Of a stretch of DNA of 64,000 nt, positions 37,901-50,856 are shown piece after piece. The position numbers and the translations under genes were made by a program. A model generated the notes under the pieces. That model had not been told where the DNA came from, ran no database searches, and was given only the letters and a program-made list of their open reading frames with translations. Every line of letters begins with the position of its first letter. The stretch's first letter is position 1. The stretch lies in the NCBI RefSeq assembly GCF_006345805.1, contig NC_043012.1, positions 372,001 through 436,000 on the forward strand, in the 5' to 3' direction. The stretch is from Octopus sinensis (lineage: Eukaryota).

Positions 37901-39211
37901 TGTGGCTATGAAAATGAAAATAAGTGAAAGGTAAAGGATAGGGTAATTGTTTCCGTTGACATGATCCACCGTTCACGGCGGGAAAATATGCACGTTGTGT
38001 TTTGTTACCAAGACATAAACATGAAATCTGAAAGGCTACGAATAGCATTTTTTTTTTCGTTTTCGTTGTTTTTTTTTTCCTGTTCTGCTTGCTGTTTTAC
38101 TAGTATATATGAATGTTTGTTTTGTTTTACGTGTCTTTTGTTAAAGTTAGAGAGCCCTACTTGAAAAACAGTAAATATTGTGTTTTCTTTACTGCCCTGT
38201 CCCTTCGTCTATTACTCCGTATACACACGTAGGCAAACACGTAAATACGCCAGCGTCTGTAAGCACACTTTTGCGCAGTGAAATTCTAAACAAACTCAAA
38301 AGAAATATAACAGTTCAGCACGCCAATAACAGACAAGAAAAAAATATATAGAAACAAAACATAATAATGATAAAAAGATGACCATAAAAAAGAAAGAAAA
38401 TAACAAAGAAATAAAAAGAAGTCTGTTTGTATATTGACATTTTGTTTTGATATAAATATACACAAATCTATGAACTTAGTATGCTCTAAATTAGCTTTAG
38501 TCTTCTCATTGAGGTCAGAATTGACCAACTAAATGTGGATTTTAACTCAAAAAGACCGCTTCACCTTTAGGCACGCAACTTTTGATAACGGTTCAAGACA
38601 ACTTGTACTGCAGCTTTAGAGCTAAAACGAAATACTAATAAAATAAAATGAAAAATAAATGGTAGGAAAAAGAAATAACTCAAACAAACACACTCGTAGC
38701 ATAAAATGAAAAACAGCACGAAAGACACATCTTTAGTTCAAAAGTACAAGAGACAAATAAGTTCATAGTGATGGCGGCAACAAGTTTCTGTTTTTTATTG
38801 TTGTTCTTTTTTGATGGTGGTGACGGTGGTGCTACCGGTTGTGACGTTGTTGCAGTGATGGTCGGTCGTGCTAGTATTTAGCCCTAGGTAGAGTTAGTTC
38901 CGGCTTTAGCCATCCCTTCTATTGTTCTAGAGTGTGGGGTCTAGAAACACGTTATTCAATGTGTTGTTTCTTTTATGTCATAGAAAATAAGGTCCGACAA
39001 GTGAAGATTTCATTGTTATTTCTAGTAGACGAACCGATCAGAGAGGGGCACCGCCTACTCCTCGGTAGGAGTTTTTAGTTATCATAATTGAATATTTATT
39101 TTGTTATTTGTGGTGGTGGATTTGATGGTAGCAGTTAATACAACGTTGTGTTGTAATAGTAGTGGTTGTGTTATATATAAGGATGTATTTCTGTGTGTGT
39201 GTGTGCGTGTA

Positions 39212-39256
<45 letters not shown>

Positions 39257-39331
39257 TATGGATGTTGTGTCTATGTATATATATATGTGTGTGTGTGTAT
39301 GTGTGTGTGTGCGTGTGTACATGTATATATG

Positions 39332-39474
39332 TTTCTCTCCTTGTTTTTTCTGTAGAAGAGCGTAGGCTCGAAACGTAAAAGACTTTTTTCTATTCCTGAG
39401 CGTTATACTAATACATCTGTTTCTTTCGTACACCGCATGTCTTCGTCTTTTGTTTTTTTTCGTAAACTCTCCCC
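39332..39474 (+). mobile_element. PLE-derived short retroposon, CUGUNGA hammerhead family, copy 3
   Basis: CTGTAGA-A-GAGC-GTAG-GCTC-GAAA-CGT-A-AAAGA at 39350-39382, then (TA)n. Confidence 0.75.
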
Positions 39475-39506
<32 letters not shown>

Positions 39507-39799
39507 ATATATATATACGTGTTTATATATACATGTATATATACAGAGAGAAGAAGATAAACAGGCATAAAGAAATAGAGAGAGGGACATATAGATATAT
39601 AAAATACAGATAAACGGAGTGGTGGTTGTCGTGGTGGTAGTAATGGTGACCGTAGTGATGATGGTGGTGATGGTGGTGGTGAGGTTTGTGGTGGTGGTGG
39701 TGGAGATGGTGTTGGTTGTACAGTATTATGTTATGCGGCATCGGATGAAGGAAATGTATGGCATTCAGTGTCCCGTAAACTCATCGCAGGCAAATTATA

Positions 39800-40070
39800 T
39801 CCATCCATCCATTCATCCATCTATCCATCTTCTCGAATCACTATCCTTGCGAGGGTCGTAGAGGCGGATCCCTCATGCTCCTCTTCACTAGGGTCCTATT
39901 CAAAGCAACCGTCATTACACTTTTCGGCTGGATTCCTATTATGACCAGCTGAGACCATAGATGTTATTCAATCATCTCTTTCTTAGTCTAATCCTAAATC
40001 TGCCGGTTGGCTCGGTTTGAAGGATCCGTCTTGTGATATTTCCAATGGAATTCCAATCACAGCTCTATAG
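39800..40070 (-). mobile_element. RTE (Rex3/Expander-like) LINE 3' end
   Basis: Minus remnant of the R..LNNIYGLSWS..GIQP...RDPPLRPSQG type ending in a (GGAT)n tail; heavily decayed. Confidence 0.55.
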
Positions 40071-40407
40071 TATTATCGGAAAATTTCATAAATAATCAAT
40101 TATGGTGGAGAGCTGCTGGAAACGTTACAGTTCCGAACATGGTGTTTCTTTCGGCTTTACATTGAGTTAAAATTCCTCCACGGTCGACGTTGCCGGATCT
40201 TTACATTTTGACCTATAGATTTAAAAAATAATTGTTTGCAACTAAACACTTTCAAACTTCGTATACTGGTAGAATGTGTCATATAAAACACCTTTTACAC
40301 TTAGTGTTTTTGAGAAAGGTTTATATTTACAAAGTTATTTCGCGTTGAAGTTCTCGTATTTCGGTAATTTCAACCAATCGATGACGTGTATTCAGCTGAA
40401 TGAAATT

Positions 40408-40648
40408 ACTGCTGTTGTTTGTCAACAAGAACTTCCGGCGGTGTATATTTCGTTTGTCACTATTATGACAACCCTAACTCTAAAACCCTAACCCTAACCC
40501 TAAAACCTTAACCCTAACCCTAAAACCCTAACTCTAACCATAACCCTAAAACCTTAAAGCTAAAACCAGTACAATCGCACGTACGAATAACAGTGACAAA
40601 CGAAAAATACATCGCCGATAGTTGTTGTTGTTGAAAAACAACGGCATC
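40408..40648. mobile_element. Fold-back/MITE-like element with central telomere-like (CCCTAA/CCCTAAAA)n array
   Basis: Imperfect ~60-bp inverted arms 40408-40466 and 40586-40648 around the array at 40470-40567. Confidence 0.7.
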
Positions 40649-41190
40649 AGAGAGAACAGGAGATGCAGTAGATGACGTTGCTAGAAGTGTGGGTGAAGGA
40701 GTGAGTGATATGATAGGGTCGATGATTTGTGCCTGTGAGGAGGGTGGTGTTGGAGAGGTAAGAGCAAGTGCCACAGCGTGGGCGGGAGCAGGGGAACGGC
40801 CGCGTTGGAAGGCTGGGCCAGGGAAGGAGCTGTGGACCAAGAGGTCTCGTAAGTTGTAGGCTTGTTTGAAGGAGGGGAGGGATCGATTAGGGAAGATGTG
40901 CGAAGTGGAGGGGTTGGATTGGAGTCGCCGGAAGGCTAGGAGAATGGTGCGTTGGAGAGGTAGGATGGTTGGATCGTAGGTGAGGGGGAAATGGGAGACG
41001 GGTGACGGTGGGGCGAGTGTGGGGGAGGGAGAGCAGATTCACAATCCACGGAACGAACTCTGGCAAGGACGATGTAGGTAGTGGTGAGGGGATATATACG
41101 TAGGATGAAGTGCCGAGCCATGAGTTGAGTCGGAATCTCAAAGTCATGGTTTTCACTGCAGGGACCTGCGTAGACGGAGGAATTGGGAAC
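40649..41190 (-). mobile_element. Penelope-like element (Neptune-type) fragment: RT-EN linker and start of GIY-YIG endonuclease
   Basis: Across frameshifts: MARHFILR.YP, RLPFPLTY, NLRDLLVHSS, the zinc-finger linker PCSRPRCGTC and HSFTHTSSNVIYCISCSL. Confidence 0.8.
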
Positions 41191-41901
41191 ATGTGGATGG
41201 AGAGTTTGGTGTTTTTAGAGTGGGAGGAGGAGGAGGAGAAGTTGAGCTTTGAGTGTGAGTCTGTGTATTTGTAGTGGATGTAGGTGGTGAGAGTGGAGTG
41301 ATGAATGCTGACTGAAATGGCGAAAAAGGCGACTGATGTATCGAAAATAGTGGAGGAAAAGTGAAGGGCAGGATGGAAAGAGCTGACAAAAAAAAAAGAA
41401 GAAGGAGTCTAGACGTTTGCGAGAGAGTGAGGTCGCACCGATATAGTTGCCAATATAACGACCGTATAGTTCATGAGTGGGACCAGTGAAATTTGAGAAT
41501 ATTTGGGCCTGAACGGAGCCAACGAACACGTTGGCTTAGTTGGGGCCCATTCACGTTTCCATATATACATCTTAGTGTGCGTATATAGATACGTCAAGCT
41601 GTCTGCATTTGTGCGCCTGTCCAAGTGTTATCTAACGTCAGGCATTATATGCTGGACTATCTAAATACTCCTTCTCTATGTATGTATGTATTAATGCATG
41701 AATGTATGCATATAACTGTATGTTATATGTGTGTGTGGCCTAATATATCGTCTATCATACATATAATATGTTATATATGTATATGCATGCATGTATACAT
41801 ATATACATATATAAATATATATATAAGCAAATGCATACGTATATAAGTATATACATGTATATGAACACATATATAGTTGCATATATATACACAGACGCAC
41901 A

Positions 41902-41944
<43 letters not shown>

Positions 41945-41984
41945 ATACACACATACACACACACACAGACACACACACATATAT

Positions 41985-42100
41985 ATATATAATACAAAAT
42001 GTGACAAGAACGCAAAACATCCAAATAGACGATACAAAAAATACGGACGGATCATTCGAAGCCTTTATTCTTCAGTCAACAACCGGATCATCCTCGCCAT
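41985..42100 (-). mobile_element. Short fragment related to the 56525-57560 terminal-repeat family
   Basis: ggacggatcattcgaagcctttattcttcagtcaacaaccggatcatcctcgc versus ggacgggacattcgaagccctcagtcatcagtcaagaaccagatcatcttagc. Between (TA)n tracts. Confidence 0.6.
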
Positions 42101-42113
42101 ATATATGTATATA

Positions 42114-42181
<68 letters not shown>

Positions 42182-42261
42182 ATATATATACACACATATA
42201 CATATGCATGCGTAGGTTCATTTTGTGTATATTTGAATGAATCCCGACGTATCATGTGAGT

Positions 42262-42497
42262 GTATGTCTGTTTCTTTACTGCCCTCAAGGGGCTAAATAT
42301 AGAGGGGACAAACAAGGACAGACAAACGGATTAAGTCGATTACATCGATCCCAGTGCGTAACTAGTACTTAATTTATCGACCCTGAAAGGATGAAAGGCA
42401 AAGTCGACCTCGGCTGAATTTGAACTCAGAACGTAACGGCAGACGAAATTGCGGCTACACATTTCGCCCGGCGTGCTAACGTTTCTGCCAGCTCGGT
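42262..42497 (-). mobile_element. SINE family A (alternative tail)
   Basis: Head ...gtttctgccagctc; tail tttctttactgccctcaaggggctaaat. Confidence 0.9.
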
Positions 42498-42983
42498 GTA
42501 TATCGGCGTACGTATTACATCCTGTGTGTGGACGCATTTTGGCATTCGGTGTATACATGTCTGTGTGTGTATGTGTGTGTATATGTGTATATGTCTCTGT
42601 GTGTGTGCTCGAGCTTGTGTGCCTGTTCATGCAATCATCCATGTTTTATTTCTCTATGCTTATATTCTGCTTGTCTGTGCATATTTGCGTATATATATAC
42701 ACTAATATATGTATATGTAAAACGCACACCAAACATACACACGTGCGCACACACGTACATACACACACATAGACGCACACAGATACACTTACATGCAAAC
42801 ACACACACACATACACACAAACACGCACAGATATTATGGGCTTATGATCATTGGAGTATGTGTAGCATGTAGGAGGAAATGTAGAAATGTATATACATCC
42901 CAAATGTATATACATCCCTATCGCCCTGTATATCTGTTTCTCCCTCTATCTTTTCTTCCTTGCTTTCTTTCTCTACCTTACAA

Positions 42984-43021
<38 letters not shown>

Positions 43022-43252
43022 ATCTCTCTCTCTCTCTTCTCTGAACATATTTAAGCGTACACATTCCTGTCAATATATATCTGCGGGTCATTGTATAATT
43101 ATTTACATATATATATATATATATATATACATATTTATATGTATATATATATATATATTATATATATATATATATATGCATTTATATATTATTATTATTA
43201 ATTATTATTATTATTGTTTTGTTGTTGTTGTGTTGTGGTGTGGTGGTGGTGG

Positions 43253-43286
<34 letters not shown>

Positions 43287-43339
43287 ATTATAATTATTAT
43301 TATTATTATTATAATTATTATTATCAAACCTTTGCGAGT

Positions 43340-43470
43340 AAGGCGGCGAGCTGCTAGAATCGTTAGCTCGCCGGGCAGAATGCTTAGCAGTATTTCGTCC
43401 GTCGCGCCGTTCTGAGTTCAAATTCTGCCGCGGTCGACTTTGCCTTTCATCATTTAGGGGTCGAAAATCT
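43340..43470 (+). mobile_element. SINE family A, 3'-truncated
   Basis: aaggcggcgagctgctagaatcgttagc...gtcgactttgcctttcatcatttaggggtcg. Confidence 0.88.
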
Positions 43471-43490
43471 TATGTAACAGTTACGTACTC

Positions 43491-43720
43491 TATTTACATT
43501 ATTTACATTTGATGGATATTTGTCCTGATATTGTTGCTAACTCAACGTTTCGGCTGATATACTCTCCAGGCTTCCTTGAACAATACGTTAGGTATGAGAA
43601 CCCAGGTTCGAAATTTCCCCAAGACACCTGATGAAGGCCGGAGGGTATATCAGCCGAAACGTTGTTTTAACAACAAACGAGGTGAGGACGAATGGCCGTC
43701 AAATGTAAATAATGTAAATA
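43491..43720 (+). mobile_element. PLE-type inverted pseudo-LTR with hammerhead motif in the right arm
   Basis: Inverted arms 43491-43575 and 43626-43720. GACAC-CTGATGA-A-GGC..GCC-GAAA-CGT-T-GTTTT at 43623-43668. Confidence 0.65.
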
Positions 43721-43750
43721 ATGTACATAATTCCTCATCTTTTAAATATA

Positions 43751-43751
<1 letters not shown>

Positions 43752-43849
<98 letters not shown>

Positions 43850-43908
43850 ATAAATAATAATAATAATAATAACAATAAATAATAATAATAATAATAATAA
43901 TAATTAAT

Positions 43909-43944
<36 letters not shown>

Positions 43945-43964
43945 TAATAATAATAATAATAATA

Positions 43965-44008
<44 letters not shown>

Positions 44009-44035
44009 TAATAATAATAATAATAATAATAATAA
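43752..44035. repeat. (AAT)n microsatellite
   Basis: Directly visible. Confidence 0.97.
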
Positions 44036-44503
44036 GGATTTCTTTATTAACCACAAAGGGGTTGCTTTAGGAAAAAATTATAATATTAACAACGCGACCA
44101 CCACCAACGACAAATAATACATACATACGAATAGATGCGTGAGAATACCAACACGCATACGCCCTCTACACACACAGACACATATATATGCATAAGAAGG
44201 GCATATTTTTGTGTATATCTCTACGTGTGTGTTTACACGTGGCGGTGCCCCAGCATGGCCACAGCTCGTAAGCTGGAACTAGATAAAATTAAAAAAATTA
44301 AAATATGTATATATACATATACACACACTCCTATATAAGTAAATATATGTATGTATATACACACACACACACACACACACACCACACACACAAATACACA
44401 CACACACACACAAATACACACACACACACACATATATATATGCATATATATATATATACATATATATATATACATGGTTCTACATATACACATATAGTGT
44501 GTG

Positions 44504-44535
<32 letters not shown>

Positions 44536-44608
44536 CATACATATATGTATGTATATATATATATATGTGTATATATATGTATATATACATATATATATAT
44601 GTATATAT

Positions 44609-44641
<33 letters not shown>

Positions 44642-44769
44642 ACAATAACTGTCCCTTGTCTGTCTGCTCGTCTGTCATTCCTGCGTCACCCATGGGTTTC
44701 AGTATACAGTTATATACATTCGGATGAATGCGTGTGTATGTGTTTCTGTGTGTGTGTGTGTGGTTGCAC

Positions 44770-44853
<84 letters not shown>

Positions 44854-45390
44854 TGTGTGGTCATGAGTGCGTCTCTGAATGTCTGTGATTGTTGTTATGT
44901 GTGTGTCTGCGTGTGTTTTCATTTTGATTTGGTTTTACTAAGTGCAAAATTGTATTGACCTAGTTCCCGAAATTTCATAGAGACATACACAATAGATGGG
45001 GAGAGGGGGTCTGGTGGACAATGACAGACAGAGAGCAATGCTGGTAGAGGGGGGTGGACAGGGAGAATGGGAGAGTGGGAGAGACGGAGAAGGAGAGAGA
45101 ATGTGTGAGAGAGAATTGGAGAGAGAGGCATAAACCGTCTGCCAGAGATAGACTGACAGACAGATACATAGGTGCACATAAACACACAATTGCTCACAAA
45201 CACACACAGACCCAAAGGCATACCCACACAAATACACACATGCATGCACACACACATACATACACGTACATACACATATAAACTTTCAAAAATCACTTCT
45301 ATATACGTGTCTGGCGGTCTAGTTATCTATTTTTCTCTCTCTCTGTAGACACACACACTAACACCCACAAATATATATACATATACATAG

Positions 45391-45424
<34 letters not shown>

Positions 45425-45506
45425 ATTATATATATATATATATATATGACTTAGTGCTTGCTTTTTCCTTGGGTATGAGTAAGTATTCCATTTATGTCTT
45501 ACGTAT

Positions 45507-45567
45507 TTATCGCTGAAGAGGGGAAAATTCTTATGAATTAATCCCGAAATTGGGACCAATACGGTAA
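45507..45567 (+). ncRNA. Type I hammerhead ribozyme motif, canonical core
   Basis: UUAUCG-CUGAAGA-GGGG..AAUUC-UUAU-GAAUU..UCCC-GAAA-UUGG-GA-CCAAU-A-CGGUAA. Stem I 6 bp, stem III 5 bp, AUA triplet. Lies in a ~250-bp insert between (TA)n tracts. Confidence 0.7.
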
Positions 45568-45693
45568 TAACGGATTTTTTAGAAATTTCTATATCGGCTT
45601 GTTTCGAGACGCATAAATTATAATGGTTATTGACAATTTTGTCTTTTTTTCGGCATATTTGACAGCAGAATGTTTCTTTTGCTCTTATTTATA

Positions 45694-45756
<63 letters not shown>

Positions 45757-46449
45757 TATATATATATTATATATATATATGTGTGTGTGTGTGGTGTGTG
45801 TATGTATTTATGTATGTATATCTTTAACAGAAAGTCCTGTGTAATCCATGGGCCGGAGAGTTGCAGCTGAAGAATATGAGAGTAGAAAGTCCAGGTAGCG
45901 AACATGTAAAAGTTCATTGGCTGATGAGAGGAGACAGGATCGACTGGTGCGATATATATATATACAACATATTATATATATATATATATAATATATTATA
46001 TATATATATATATATATATAATGTAAGTATGTATGTTCCTGTATGTATGTATGAATGTATACACCACACACAGACATACACACACATACATCCAAACAGT
46101 GATGGAATTGGAAGAAGGTAAAGGGAGAATGAGAGAAAAAGAAATGTGTGTGTGTGTGTGTTTTTTTTTATGAAGCCACACAGCGATGTTTCATTTAATA
46201 ACCTCCGATTAAGGTGATAAAAATGGTTTAATCCGCGATAATCAGAGCCCACTTTAGAACATCACGCAGAGAAATGTGGCAGTATTTCCTGGAGTCCAAG
46301 TTTTCTGAATGTCTTCATGGCATTTCTTTATGGTTTCTGACATCTCTGATACTTAGAGTAGAACCATCGCCACTTTAATCTGATATTTCATAAACCTCAA
46401 ATGTTTTGGCTCTAAATAATAATGGTAGCTTGTGCGATATAATATCCTT

Positions 46450-46835
46450 TTCTACGCTATGTTACGAGGCACGAAAATTTGGGGGAGGGGGCCTGTTGAT
46501 TATATCGGCCTCAGCACGTAACTGGTACTTAATTAATCGAGTACAAAAGGATGAAAGGCAAAGTCGACCTCGGCGGAATTTGAACTCAGAACGTAGCGGC
46601 AGACGAAATATCTATTTCTTTACTACCCACAAAAGTCTAAACACAGAGAGGACAAACAAGGACAGACAAACGGATTAAGTCGATTATATCGACCCCAGTG
46701 CGTGACTGGTACTTATTTAATCGACCCCCGAAAGGATGAAAGGTAAAGTCGACCTCGGCGGAATTTGAACTCAGAACTTAGTGGCAGACGAAATACCGTT
46801 AAGTATTTCGCCCAGCATGATAACGTTTCTGGCTG
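46450..46835 (-). mobile_element. SINE family A, two core units
   Basis: Core ggatgaaagg(c/t)aaagtcgacctcggcggaatttgaactcagaac at about 46550 and 46735. Confidence 0.9.
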
Positions 46836-47160
46836 CTGATATCTCACAAAGAGATGTAATATCAGCAAGAATATTTGCGTTGTTGGAAATATAGGATCTT
46901 CCGAGAAAATTCCATAGTCAGTGTATCTTTTCAAGAGTGCGAAGTTTGTATCGAGTGTCTTGAATTTTTGCTCTGAGGAAAACATAAAATTGCATCTGGA
47001 GGCGAGGCTCCAGTGGTTTGAACCAATATCTGCTCAAACCCTATTAATTAATTAAAGCTGAGATCGAAAAATAACGTATGAAAAAGGAAAAATTGAAAGT
47101 ATACAAAAACTGTTAATGGAGATGAGACAGCTACCAACGTTATGAAGGATTGTTAAACAT

Positions 47161-47790
47161 AGCTGTGGGCGTGGCTGTGTGGTAAGAAGCTTGCTTCCCA
47201 ACCACAAGGTTCCAGAGTCAGTCCCACTGTGTGGAACTTTGGACGTCTTCTACAGCCTCGAAAAGACCAAAGTCTTGTGAGTAGATTTGTCTGACGGAAA
47301 CTGAAAGAAACCCGTCGTATATATATACATGTGTGTGTTAAAAGGCGGCGTGCTGGCAGAGTCGTCAGCACGCCGGGCGAAATGTGTAGCCGTATTTCGT
47401 CTGTCGTTACGTTCTGTGTTCAAATTCCACCGAGGTCGACTTTGCCTTTCATCCTTTCGGGGTCAATATATTAAGTACCAGTTACGCACTGGGGTCGATA
47501 TAATCGACCTAATCCGTTTGTCTGTCCTTGTTTGTCCCCTCTGTGTTTAGCCCCTTGTGGGTAGTAAAGAAATATATATGTGTGTGTATGTGTGTGTGTG
47601 TGTGTTTGCGTGTGTTCGCGTGCGCGCGTGTGCGTGTATGAGGCCATGCTGTGGCACTGCCTTGAAGTATTTTCGTCGAATGAATCAGCCCCAGTACTTT
47701 TTTTTTAAAGCCTGTTATGACTCTATCGGTCTCTTTTGCAGAACCGCTAATGTTACGAGGAGGTAAACACACCAACACCGGCTCTCAAAT
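47161..47790. mobile_element. Nested SINEs: family B head (+, 47161-47320), family A (+, 47340-47573), family B body (-, 47640-47790)
   Basis: Family-diagnostic motifs in each segment. Confidence 0.8.
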
Positions 47791-47840
47791 CACGCACACA
47801 CACACACACACATGTATATATATATATATATATATATATA

Positions 47841-48214
47841 CACTACCGTCAGAAATTAATTAGCACCCTTGATTTGATCTTCACTCAAGGTATGTGCTGT
47901 CACCTAGTGGCCATATCTCGAACTATTGCTTTGTTGCGAGTTCACTGTTGCGCAGAACGATGACGTAACTTTGTTTGCAGAGCAGTTTGAGAGTCTACAG
48001 CCTTATGATGTTGACATAGCAGTGCAACAACAACTTGGAGTGCGGATGCAGACAAATTCCTTTGTTTAATAGATATAGGTAGCGCCTCGCAAGGACCGAA
48101 ATCACACCATACTAAGTTTTCTCATCGCGTAAGACGTTTTGAACAGCTCATAGGTTAATTGATTTAACCTATTTAATGTAGAAATTTGAGAAGTGCTAAT
48201 TAATTTCTGACGCA

Positions 48215-48218
<4 letters not shown>
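47841..48218. mobile_element. Tc1-derived MITE (378 bp) inserted in (TA)n
   Basis: TIRs cactaccgtcagaaattaattagcacc / agtgctaattaatttctgacgcaattg, TA on both sides. Confidence 0.8.
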
Positions 48219-48263
<45 letters not shown>

Positions 48264-48344
48264 ATATACATACATACACATACATATACAGGTGTATATA
48301 TATATATATCAGATCGTCATGTTGATTCGTTAGTTACTGCACGC

Positions 48345-48522
48345 ATTTTTTTTTCTCTCCTTTCTGTGTTTTTTTTCTCTCTGTGTATCTTTCTGTTGAA
48401 GAGCGTAGGCTCGAAACGTTAAAGACTTGTTTTATTTATATTTCCTGAGCGCCATACTAATACAATTGTTTCTTTGTTTTCCACCTGCCTTCGTCTTTTG
48501 TCTATTTTCATAAAGCTTCCCG
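48345..48522 (+). mobile_element. PLE-derived short retroposon, CUGUNGA hammerhead family, copy 4
   Basis: TCTTT-CTGTTGA-A-GAGC-GTAG-GCTC-GAAA-CGT-T-AAAGA at 48388-48425. Confidence 0.75.
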
Positions 48523-48710
48523 TTATACATATATATACCTGTATATGTATGTGTGTAATTTTGTTTGAGTAATGTGTATATGTCAATTTGTGTATTGACG
48601 AAAGCATGTTCACAGTTTGGGCTACCTGGTGTCATCCGCCTTTGGGGTATATTTCCGCCGGAACTGCATCAAAAATTCCGCAGTGTTTGTTTACATAATA
48701 ATTGATGGAA

Positions 48711-49035
48711 GAAACGGAAGATGGATTTGGCATTAGTCTTTATTCAGTACGACGTTCATTTCAACCCCTCCTGCGTCTGTCCTTTCGGAATGGGATGTTG
48801 TGAATCCAATTGTGTTGATGGTTTTCCACTGGTACAGCGGTAAAACATCAACATGACTGCGAGAACTAAATATATTTAGTGGGAAACAATGCATGCACCT
48901 GATGTGACCCAGACTACACCGATCGATGCAGCACAATTTGATGAAAAATATTCCATTCACAAAGGACAATTACCGAAGCTTTCTAAACGATCGTCGTACT
49001 GAATAAAGACTAATGCTAAATCTATCTTTCGTTTC
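48711..49035. mobile_element. MITE-like element with ~50-bp inverted termini
   Basis: Arms 48711-48761 and 48984-49035 include a perfect 25-bp match, gcattagtctttattcagtacgacg. Confidence 0.7.
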
Positions 49036-49044
49036 GTGGTTGCT

Positions 49045-49190
49045 TCAGTGTCCGTCTAACAAATCCATTCAGAAGGCTTTTGGTCGGCCCGTGGCTATAG
49101 TAGAAGAGACTTGCAGCACAGTGGGATTGAACCCGGAACCATATTGTTGAGAAGGAAACTTCTTGCCATACAGCCATACCAGCGCCTATG
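49045..49190 (-). mobile_element. SINE family B 5' half, degenerate
   Basis: ccgtctaacaaatcc..ggctttggtcggccc..gtgggattgaacccggaacc. Confidence 0.75.
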
Positions 49191-49656
49191 TATATAAGTT
49201 TTTTTTACTTATTTTAGTTTTATTGTTTATGAGCAGTATATGAACCGTTGCATGATTGTCATAAAACATACGGTAAATAAATTCTGGTGTAGAGCGTTAT
49301 AAGTTTACTCATCAATACTGCCAATCGTCTATTCATTTTCGGAATGTTTTGCAGATTATTATTGATCTAGATTTCATGATCATCTGTATCAACTATATCA
49401 TGGTTCTTCGTTCATTCTCTAAGAACCAAAGTTCGATCCTACTTTGTTCTCAGTTGGTACAACCTGCCCTTCCATTATTAAACAGGTAGAATTCTGAAAA
49501 TGCATCCAGTGGTCGAAAGATGTTTCTTTTCCGCTTTTATTTGTACCATATTGCATTCACCTGCAGAGCATTTTCATTTTTGGGACAATAACAAGAGATC
49601 AGTTCGTCTTTGTTTGCCCTTGTTGCTATTGTCATTCTTTTCGTCCTTTCAAAATA

Positions 49657-50549
49657 CAGGGTGTTTAGAAATATTTGCTATCATTTCACAATCTAACAAG
49701 TTTGCCAGTTCTTGTTCAAATGACTTCAAATTTTAACAGCATGTATAAAAACAACTTAATGTTTAATGCTTGATATGTTTATCTTTTCAAGTGTAGAAAT
49801 GGCATTCACTGGAAGAGAAAGGGCGTTTTGTGTGTTGGAGTATGTTCAAACACAGTCGAACAAGACTGTGCACCTGCATTTGTGAAAGAATTCTCTAAAA
49901 TATCACCAACGGCAATGCAGATTTCGACATAGCACAAAAAATTCAAAGGAAGGCTGTCTGTACAGGCCAAATGATCTGGACGACCACTAACATCGGAAGA
50001 GTCGGTCGAGCAAGTTCGCCAAAAAGTCTTGCGAATCCCCAAGAAGTCCATAACAAGAACAAGTCTGGAAACCCAGTTTCCTCCAACGACAGTTTAGCAC
50101 CTCCTGAGGAAACGCTTGCTAACGAAATCCCACAAGCTGCAGTTCGTTCAGACCATAACGGCAGATGTCAACCGAAATCGCAAACAATTCTGTGTTGATA
50201 TGCAAGAGAAACTTGATGAAGCCGAGTTCAGAGAGCATCATGTTTTCAGTGATGAGGCCATATTTCATACGAATGGTAAAGTCAATAAGCATAATGTTCG
50301 TATTTGGGGGCCAAGAAAATCCCCATGCTACAGTTGAGCATGAGGGGGACTCAGCAAAAGTGAATGTGTTCTGCGCCATCTTCAAGAAATCGTTCATGGA
50401 ATCCACATACCTTTGAAAATATCATTCTAATTTTGAGGAATAATTTTTATGCTGCTCAACATTACGCCTGTTTAGTTTCGTTTGGTTTGACTACGTAGTT
50501 TCTTTGATATTCACATCTCAAATGATATCAAATATTTTGAAACATCGTG
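49657..50549 (+). mobile_element. IS630-Tc1-mariner element, rosa/DD41D-like, internally deleted (893 bp)
   Basis: ~30-bp TIRs cagggtgtttagaaatatttgctatcattt / aaatgatatcaaatattttgaaacatcgtg with TA TSD. ATG at 49799 starts MAFTG..FCVLEY. Motifs VFSDEAIFHTNGKVNKHNVRIWG and ENPHATVEHEGDSAKVNVFCAI. Subfamily call from motif recall. Confidence 0.85.
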
Positions 50550-50557
50550 TATTCATA

Positions 50558-50779
50558 CTCTCTTTACTCTTTTACTTGTTTCAGTCATTTGACTGCGGCC
50601 ATGCTGGAGCACTGCCTTTAGTCGAGCAAATCGACCCCGGGACTTATTCTTTGTAAGCCCAGTACTTATTCTTTCGGTCTCTTTTGCCGAACCGCTAAGT
50701 GACGGGGACGTAAACACAGCAGCATCGGTTGTCAAGCAATGCAAGGGGGACAAACACAGACACACAAACTCACACACAC

Positions 50780-50856
<77 letters not shown>

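Noticed and set aside
38565-38621. 57-nt minus-strand exon candidate with a strong acceptor
   Set aside because: All three frames contain stops (best SKAAVQVVLNRYQKLRA*) and the donor GTGAAG is weak; unsupported.
40470-40567. True telomere or chromosome end
   Set aside because: The array is short, degenerate, internal and enclosed by inverted arms.
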